IMG/VR virus record: IMGVR_UViG_3300043446_004967
Span: 32,001-96,000 of that record
DNA: 64,000 bases
Reading direction: 5' to 3' (one strand)
DNA from: a virus
Shown: positions 57,625 through 64,000 of the stretch, piece after piece
Position numbering within the stretch: the first letter of the stretch is position 1
Layout: each line of letters opens with the position of its first letter
Position numbers and translations under genes: made by a program
Notes under the pieces: generated by a model
What the model saw: the letters and a program-made list of their open reading frames with translations, nothing else
What the model was told of the DNA's origin: nothing
Database searches by the model: none

Positions 57625-57837
57625 AATCCTCTCCGGGGAATAAGCTCCATGAAAACCCCACAGAAGCCCATGATAGGGAGCCGCTGAGGGGGGCTAAGCG
57701 GTAAGTCTTAGCCGCCGAGCGGCTTCCTGTCAAGGGTGCCCCCCTCTAGCGCGGAGAAAAAAGAACGTGGTGTTTTCTCCTTTTTGCACCGTCGTTGGTT
57801 ACGTTTCTTTTCTCTCCGCGCGTTGAGTAATCCTGCC

Positions 57838-58748
57838 ATGCCCTCCCCTTTTACATTCATTGACCTGTGCGCCGGCATAGGCGGTATGCGCATTCCTTTT
57901 GGCGCACTTGGCGGGGAATGTGTTTTTTCTTCCGAGATAGACCCGCATTGTCAACGGGTGTATGCGGCGAACTTTGGGGAGTCCCCCTTTGGCGACATTA
58001 CCTCCTTGTCGCCTGACGCCGTGCCGGACCATGACCTTTTATTGGCCGGGTTTCCTTGCCAAGCTTTCAGCGTTATTGGACGGCAGTTAGGGTTTTCCGA
58101 TACGCGCGGGACGCTCTTTTTTAGTATTGCGCAGATTCTCCAAGCCAAACGACCACGCGCCTTTCTGTTAGAGAACGTTAAACAGCTCCGGACACACGAT
58201 GAGGGCCGCACTTTTTTGACGATCCTCCGCACGTTGGAAGGCTTAGGTTACGTGGTGTATCACACCGTGCTCAATTCTCTGGATTTCGGGGTTCCCCAGA
58301 AAAGAGAACGCACCTACATTGTGGGGCTTTTGGGCGGCGGCGCCTTTTCCTTTCCGTCGAAAAAAACGGACTACGATCTGTCGTCCGTGCTGGAACCCGA
58401 GAACGGCGTAGGTTCAAAGTATTTCGCCTCTGAGCATATTCGAGTTAGCCGACGTGAGCGGGTAGGTTTCGTGCCTTCCGGCCCCTCCGTCTGGCATGAG
58501 AATAAGAGCGGAAACGTGTCAGCCCTGCCCTGCCCTATTCTTGCGCGCTGCGGGCGTATGCGTCTTATAATTATCTGTTGGTCAACGGGGAGCGCAGGTT
58601 CACCGAAAGGGAGCTGCTTCGCTTACAGGGGTTCCCCGAGCACTTTGAGGCCCCCGTAAGCTATGGTCATGTACGAAGGCAAACCGGCAATGCCGTTACG
58701 GTGACGGTAATTCAGGCGATTGCCGGCCCTCTGGTCGCCGCTCTTTAG
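57838..58748 (+). pseudogene. C5-cytosine MTase frameshifted at (GCCCT)3
   Basis: Motifs I-VIII in one frame; LQGFP and GNAV in another after 58536. Confidence 0.88.
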
Positions 58749-59299
58749 TAGGAAGGTCGGCGCCGAGTGTTGAACTTTCCTCGTGACCGTAAGGAAAGCT
58801 GTTCGCTTTCCCACGGATAGTAAAGATTAATACCCAGACGTATTGCTTTGTTCGGGTACTCGGGGTCTTCTGCCCCCCACAGTTTTCCCAGTTCCATCAA
58901 ATCCTTGATGGTCGGAATCACTTTGTTAACGTGAGTAAGCATCCCTGGCATATACGGAGGCTCTTCGTCGAAAAGCCCGTTCCGCATCCCATTGATAAAC
59001 ATCTGATAGCCGAAATAGTGGGAAACCCTGCCTTTTGCTAAGGTCTCCATATATATGTAGGTCATGATAGCTATTTCGGCGAACGTAGAGCTATGTGTTA
59101 TGATGGGCCATACGGATTCCAGCGGAATACCATGCTCCGGGTCTATGGGGTCAGGTTCCCTTAAGCTCTCGACGGTGGGGAAGCCGAAGTCTCGATAATC
59201 CGTTTTTGGCGGAGGAGGGGGGGTTTCTTTTTTAGGGTGGGGCAGGTACGCCCTTTGTTGAGGAAAGGCTACAAAAATAACGTTCTCTTTTTCTGTCAT
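58745..59299 (-). CDS. Stand-alone O-like wHTH protein
   Basis: AEIAIMTYIYMETL..QMFING resembles the initiator N-terminus. Confidence 0.55.
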   Translation of the reverse strand: MTEKENVIFVAFPQQRAYLPHPKKETPPPPPKTDYRDFGFPTVESLREPDPIDPEHGIPLESVWPIITHSSTFAEIAIMTYIYMETLAKGRVSHYFGYQMFINGMRNGLFDEEPPYMPGMLTHVNKVIPTIKDLMELGKLWGAEDPEYPNKAIRLGINLYYPWESEQLSLRSRGKFNTRRRPSY

Positions 59300-59428
59300 G
59301 ATTTTATTGTTTCTAGGGTTATACCCCTATGTGTATGGCACGGCTCCTCCTTTCTTGCAAGCGTTCTATCTTTGTCGTACTCTACGGGAGTAGCCGGTCT
59401 TAGCTTTGCCCTCTTTACCGGCTACTTC

Positions 59429-60274
59429 TCAGCTTTTCGCGTTTTGGGGAAAATTAAACCCTGAGCTTCGCCAGATTTCGCTGACCGGGCGGTTTCCGTT
59501 ATAATCTTCCATCACCCTCGGCAAGTCGCTTATCTTGCGCACGATAGCAAAGGGTTTTCCTTCGCTGTACTCCCGTCTAAAGAAGACTACTTCCTCCGGT
59601 TCCGCGTAGAACAAAGAGTCAGGTTGGTATATCGTGGCGATCTTCTGCACCTCTCGGTCCGCCTGCACTTCCGCGTGTAACGTTTCCCTTAGACAAATCT
59701 GATCGGCAGGGTAAACCCCTCGTTCGATGTTCTCCGTCATCTGCAAGGCGCCGCCGCTAGGCAACAGGAACCGCAACGCCGCATACGATTCTTCGTCCGT
59801 GTCTCGCAGGCGTGTCGCTAGAGGTACGTCCTTTTCACTTATGCTTAGGGTTTTCGCGCGTGGTTGCGGGCGCTCCGTAGACGAAACGATCTCCGATAGG
59901 GTCTCCTCCACCACAAAAGTTCCCCCCTCCCACACAATCTTTATGAGATAGATGTGTTTCTTCCGTTGAGGGAGGGCAGGATCATACGGGTCGAGCGTTT
60001 CTAGTATCAGAGAAATATGCGTGCTCCGCGCGCGGCGCGTCTCGCCAAATCCTCTTAAGTTGGCGAAGGACACCATGCCGGCTTCGCCTCCTCGTTCTTT
60101 TACAAGCTCTACCGCAGATCGCCCGGAGGCCAAACTTTGTGCAAACTTGATCGCGTCGAGCAAGGTGGACTTGCCTGTGCCCGTGTCCCCGACTAAGAAG
60201 ATCAGCCTAGGAAGGTGCTGCAATGAGGTATTCGCGTGAAGCCTGTAGTTGTACAGGCCGAGGGAAACTATCAT
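59429..60274 (-). CDS. Degenerate, internally shortened AAA_21-type ABC ATPase
   Basis: GDTGTGKSTLLDA; ENIERGVYP in place of EEPENGLHP; H-loop eroded. Confidence 0.7.
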   Translation of the reverse strand: MIVSLGLYNYRLHANTSLQHLPRLIFLVGDTGTGKSTLLDAIKFAQSLASGRSAVELVKERGGEAGMVSFANLRGFGETRRARSTHISLILETLDPYDPALPQRKKHIYLIKIVWEGGTFVVEETLSEIVSSTERPQPRAKTLSISEKDVPLATRLRDTDEESYAALRFLLPSGGALQMTENIERGVYPADQICLRETLHAEVQADREVQKIATIYQPDSLFYAEPEEVVFFRREYSEGKPFAIVRKISDLPRVMEDYNGNRPVSEIWRSSGFNFPQNAKS

Positions 60275-60741
60275 AACCCGTGCTCTACCTCGTTAACGTA
60301 AATGTTTGCTTCTAAAAAAAGTTCTATAGCTTTCTGTTGGCTGTCCGCCCATGTACTTGCCTTGTCCCTCTGTGGGAATGTGACGTAGCGCATGCCCGAG
60401 GCTATAATGACTCCAGCGCAGCGTACACACGGCGGTTTTGTCACATAAAGCACACGCGGACGATGGTTCGACCGTAGGCAGCTGAGAATGGCGGAGATCT
60501 CCGCATGGATCACGATTTGGTTTTTTACCTCCTTGTCGTGCCACCGGTCGTCATCCGCTATTCCGTTTGGAAACCGGTTTACACCATAAAAAGAGTTTCC
60601 CGTCGCCGTCTGCACCACGGCGCCTACTTTATCTCTGGGGTCATGGCTATGGGACTGCGCATAAGAAAAGGCCCCCCGAAGGGGGCCTTCCACGCTGCGA
60701 AAGTGTTCGCTTCCTTTTTTTATAAAGGTGTATCTCTCCAT
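60271..60741 (-). CDS. dCMP deaminase
   Basis: KVGAV, HAE, PCVRC. Confidence 0.9.
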   Translation of the reverse strand: MERYTFIKKGSEHFRSVEGPLRGAFSYAQSHSHDPRDKVGAVVQTATGNSFYGVNRFPNGIADDDRWHDKEVKNQIVIHAEISAILSCLRSNHRPRVLYVTKPPCVRCAGVIIASGMRYVTFPQRDKASTWADSQQKAIELFLEANIYVNEVEHGL

Positions 60742-60745
60742 TAAT

Positions 60746-61060
60746 TTATCTCCACAGTGATATACCTTGTATTTTTTGCTGTTGGATTACAGTGATTTCT
60801 TTATCTACCGCGTCTTCATAGGACATAAAGTACGCGGTTTTTCCGTTTTCAGTGTAGACACCGTTGGGCCATAGAGCCTTCAGCTTATCGTCCTGAAACT
60901 GGATATAGAATTTTTGTGCCTGTTGACAAAAGAGTATTTCGCTTACTCTTTTGACGTTCCTTGTTCCATGCACCGGCGGTTTAAAGAACCCGTCCTTTAA
61001 GAGGTGCTCGCAATCACCTCCGGGAAGGATACGTAAAACCATTCGTTTCACGACGCGCAT
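60746..61060 (-). CDS. Conserved phage protein downstream of DUF2997
   Basis: VKRVSEI..F..YEDAV.KE pattern; context. Confidence 0.6.
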   Translation of the reverse strand: MRVVKRMVLRILPGGDCEHLLKDGFFKPPVHGTRNVKRVSEILFCQQAQKFYIQFQDDKLKALWPNGVYTENGKTAYFMSYEDAVDKEITVIQQQKIQGISLWR

Positions 61061-61260
61061 CCCGCCTTTACGGTTTCCGTGGAGGTCTGGGTCTGGTACA
61101 TCTCCGGTTTTTCCTGCGCGTCTGTTTGTGCCCCTGAAACATATTTTAGCGCGGCTTCCGTCGCAGCCTTGCAGCCTACCCCTTGGAAGTTTTGTGCGTC
61201 CACTTGGACGTGTTGCCCGTTCGGGCTGACTGTGATTACCAATCTCTTTCCTGCGGTCAT
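61048..61260 (-). CDS. DUF2997-like protein
   Basis: ITVSPNG..V.AQNFQG.GC..AT..KPEMY. Confidence 0.75.
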   Translation of the reverse strand: MTAGKRLVITVSPNGQHVQVDAQNFQGVGCKAATEAALKYVSGAQTDAQEKPEMYQTQTSTETVKAGCAS

Positions 61261-61299
61261 TTTATTTTATTACCTTTTTTTATAAGTTAAGCTTTTTTT

Positions 61300-61375
61300 T
61301 GGTTCTCCGGACAGGATTTGAACCTATGACCCGGGCGTTATGAGCGCCTTGCTCTAACCTCTGAGCTACCGGAGA
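61300..61375 (-). tRNA. tRNA with CAT anticodon (likely Ile2), CCA encoded
   Basis: Full cloverleaf; CT-CAT-AA loop; C4-G69 and C5-G68. Confidence 0.88.
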
Positions 61376-61455
61376 GTATAAAGGCGGGGCCGCCGCTAAT
61401 CACACTGTTGGCCCCGACTCTTGCCCTCGTCGTCAGACCTCGGGCATCCCCGACT

Positions 61456-63474
61456 TTAGCGGGTTTTGTCGCCCGCGTCAACCGGCGCGGGCTTCGGCGT
61501 TTCAGTTTTGCCTAGCCCTGCGGCGATGCGCTCCATCTCTAAAAAAGCATGGTAGGCGACGTTATCGCTAAACGGGGCGGTCAGCTCATCAAGCTCGGCG
61601 CTAAGCCTCGCTTTTTCCTCCTCCGAGGCGTCTTTTCCTTGTTTTAGAATCTCATAATATTGTTGGGCCGCTTCCTTCATCGCTTGGCGGCGTTTGCTCA
61701 TTTGCGGCAGTCCCACACCCATCACGTCTTCGAGGATGTCTTCGATGGGTTTATCCCAGTATTCGCCTCCTGTAGGGTACGGGTAGGCGCAGCCTGTCTC
61801 GATGTGGCGCCCCTCGCAGGTACGATTGTCCTCATGATTGACCTCCTCGTCCCACTTTCTTTTAGCAAGGTCCGACTGCCCGCGCAGTTCATGGGCCGCA
61901 TAGACGGCAGCTTGATGGCTAAGCTGGAGCGCGCGCGCCTCCAGCTCCGTGCGCATCTGATGTCGTTCGGCCTCCGACGCAAATCCTCCGTGGTCTAAGC
62001 GGCGGTAGTATTCCTCCGAAACGTCGGCTAGTTTTTGCCGAAGCGCGCTTACTTTCGGCGTCGGTACACCCATAACTTCTTCCGCGATAGCCTCGATAGA
62101 CTCGTCGGCATACACACCGCCGGAAGGTTGAGGGTAGGCAATGCCTTTTCTACAGGAGTAAGGCACGTCCGGATCGTCGTCCTCGTGCTCCCGCTCCTCA
62201 AAATTTTCCTCGGAAGTGGGTTGCGGTTCTTCTTCTCTCGCGTCAGGAATCCCCGCAGCGTATCTTTTCATTTTGAGGAAGGCTATCTCTCCCGGGTAAT
62301 CTTTGAACGAGGCGCACAGCCTATCCAGCTCCGCTCCGACGGCCATTTTTTCCTCCTCCGAGAGGGGTTTAACCTTTTCCGCAAGTGTTAGGTACTGAAG
62401 CGCGGTTGCCCTTAGCTTCACTTGCCGCGCGCTTACTTGCGGCAGCCCTATCCCCATGAAGTCTTCGACGATATCCTCTATGGAATACGCGGAAGGGTCT
62501 TCTTCGCGTCTTTCCAGTCGCGTCACGTCGATTGCTTGGCCCGCCGTAAGGGATTGCAGGATAAACGGCGAGTGCCCCGTCGCAATAAATTGAACAGCGG
62601 GGAAAGCTTCTTGCAGCGCGCTCACAATGGTGCGCTGCTCTAAAGGGTGCAGCGAGGTCTCTAGGTCTTCGATCAGAACTACGCCCGGCGTAATCTCTAC
62701 AGCTCGTGCGCCCGCGTGGGGGTTTAACCACGCCGCGCGACAAGCTAGGTCTAGCGCTATGGTTAAAACGCTCCTTAACCCTCCCCCTAGCCTGCTAAGA
62801 GGGAACCAGCCCGACGCTTTAAGCTTTACGATAATTTCGGGCGTACCCTCTCGGATCTCCATCACGCGAAGGTCTTCGCACTCCGGCACGCATTGCCTGA
62901 CTGCCGTTAATGCGGCGCCCCATGCCGCCGCTATGTCCGGGTAGGCGGAGCTAGGCATTCCCTGTAGGAGGGAGAGTAAAAGGGCCACGGTGGTCTTCTT
63001 TTTATGGAACGGTAAACAGCCGTCGTATGCCTTAGTATAGGGAGGTACCCCCGGCCTTCCCAGTTTTTTTCGCTTGGGCAAAGTGAACGTACCCGGAGCC
63101 GTCCGATAGGTTCCGTACCATGCAATAACAGGCCGGGTTTCCCGCCTGTCGTCCGTCGGCGCGGCTGCGACTAGCGCAGAGGACGGCGCCAAGGATAAAT
63201 CCCAACGAAGACGTTGTCCCTTTACGTAGACGCGCGCCTTCATAGCCGTGTGGGGGTCCGTCGGCACGGTATAGCGGGTCTCCCCCGCGCATCCGCACAG
63301 GTCGGCAAGCAAATAGGATACGGCGTCGAGGACGGAGGTCTTCCCCGCGCCGTTACCCCCGATCAAGTAGTTAAACTGCGGGTGAAATACGATATCCGCT
63401 AAGGCTAATTGCCTAAACGAACGTAGCGATAACCGCTCTATTCTGAACTGATTTTTTGCGTCAGCCGTGCTCAT
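61456..63474 (-). CDS. PtuA/AAA_21-like ABC ATPase with triplicated C-terminal domain
   Basis: GGNGAGKT; GVVLIEDLETSLHP; GHSP; three 'IE.I.E..MG...P..S.R' repeats. Confidence 0.8.
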   Translation of the reverse strand: MSTADAKNQFRIERLSLRSFRQLALADIVFHPQFNYLIGGNGAGKTSVLDAVSYLLADLCGCAGETRYTVPTDPHTAMKARVYVKGQRLRWDLSLAPSSALVAAAPTDDRRETRPVIAWYGTYRTAPGTFTLPKRKKLGRPGVPPYTKAYDGCLPFHKKKTTVALLLSLLQGMPSSAYPDIAAAWGAALTAVRQCVPECEDLRVMEIREGTPEIIVKLKASGWFPLSRLGGGLRSVLTIALDLACRAAWLNPHAGARAVEITPGVVLIEDLETSLHPLEQRTIVSALQEAFPAVQFIATGHSPFILQSLTAGQAIDVTRLERREEDPSAYSIEDIVEDFMGIGLPQVSARQVKLRATALQYLTLAEKVKPLSEEEKMAVGAELDRLCASFKDYPGEIAFLKMKRYAAGIPDAREEEPQPTSEENFEEREHEDDDPDVPYSCRKGIAYPQPSGGVYADESIEAIAEEVMGVPTPKVSALRQKLADVSEEYYRRLDHGGFASEAERHQMRTELEARALQLSHQAAVYAAHELRGQSDLAKRKWDEEVNHEDNRTCEGRHIETGCAYPYPTGGEYWDKPIEDILEDVMGVGLPQMSKRRQAMKEAAQQYYEILKQGKDASEEEKARLSAELDELTAPFSDNVAYHAFLEMERIAAGLGKTETPKPAPVDAGDKTR

Positions 63475-63513
63475 ACACAGTATTCCTTATTCTGAAAAGG
63501 AGTTTTCTTATAG

Positions 63514-63542
63514 AAAAAGGCCGCTTTAGGGGCGGCCTTTTC
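63514..63542. terminator. Bidirectional intrinsic terminator
   Basis: AAAAAGGCCGC-ttagg-GCGGCCTTTT-type hairpin. Confidence 0.65.
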
Positions 63543-63569
63543 GTTAGTATGTCAGGAAAGACGGGCGGG

Positions 63570-64000
63570 CTAATACCCCGTTTCCGCGTCGATGACAAGT
63601 TGGGTTACACCGTACTCGTCTACGAGACGGTCTAGTACGGTGTAGCCTTTTTCCTGTGCGCCCCGTATCGCGGCTTGCACCGTGTACTCCTGCATCAAGG
63701 GGTCCAACGGAGCCAAGCCTTTTGGGGTGCCTAGCGCCTTCTGGATAATACCGTCCCACGTATCTATGACGGGTACGTAGTAATCCAGCCCGTTTTCGTC
63801 CGTTTCCTTGTCCAGTGCAATGTTATATTTGCACCCCTCGATGTCAATTACATAGGGGCATTGCCTAGACTGACTCGCGTAGTAGGCACGATAAGTGCCG
63901 TTTTCCGTCAACGAGAGGGGGGCAGCCCCTTGGCGTTGGCTCAGCTGGGCAAGCGCTGACCGGAGGTCATTAATGTCAGTAATCTTGACACCGGTTACTT
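63570..64000 (-). CDS. DUF1257-like protein, 5' end outside window
   Basis: Frame open to the window edge (VKITDINDLRSA); LMQEY..A..KGY motif. Confidence 0.65.
   Translation of the reverse strand, partial: VTGVKITDINDLRSALAQLSQRQGAAPLSLTENGTYRAYYASQSRQCPYVIDIEGCKYNIALDKETDENGLDYYVPVIDTWDGIIQKALGTPKGLAPLDPLMQEYTVQAAIRGAQEKGYTVLDRLVDEYGVTQLVIDAETGY

Overview
This window is a 64-kb piece of a large tailed-phage genome. It contains no virion genes, and a perfect parS site and the tRNA styles hint at a proteobacterial, possibly alphaproteobacterial, host. 1-16.4 kb is a plus-strand accessory region with a HAD phosphatase, a PRPS-like + NAMPT-like pair (NARP1-type NAD+ rebuilding), a macrodomain, a pentapeptide-repeat protein and a degenerate tRNA-Ser. 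16.6-24.5 kb is repeat-rich and holds single-gene cassettes, each behind a near-identical sigma70 promoter whose -35 box sits in a palindrome; it also has a 14x10-bp tandem array and parS, and may be a terminal-repeat/host-takeover region. 24.5-38.7 kb is a minus-strand accessory region: an M23 peptidase split at a dnaX-like -1 frameshift cassette, dUTPase, TerB-like, an SF2 helicase, an internally deleted Ro60/TROVE preceded by Y-RNA-like hairpins, and a C5-MTase. 38.8-57.6 kb is the replication/recombination module (RuvC-like, Cas4-like, RecA, helicase, SSB-like, primase, UDG-PolA, DnaB, DnaC-like, O-like initiator). 57.8-64 kb holds a frameshifted C5-MTase, dCMP deaminase, tRNA(CAT) and degenerate ABC ATPases. 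There are two main candidates for a new system. (1) A mini-Ro60 plus mini-Y-RNA operon whose RNAs display anticodon-like loops. (2) A recurring set of catalytically degenerate copies of host defence-type ABC ATPases and other host proteins, which may act as decoys. All family calls come from motifs recognised by eye; no database search was run.
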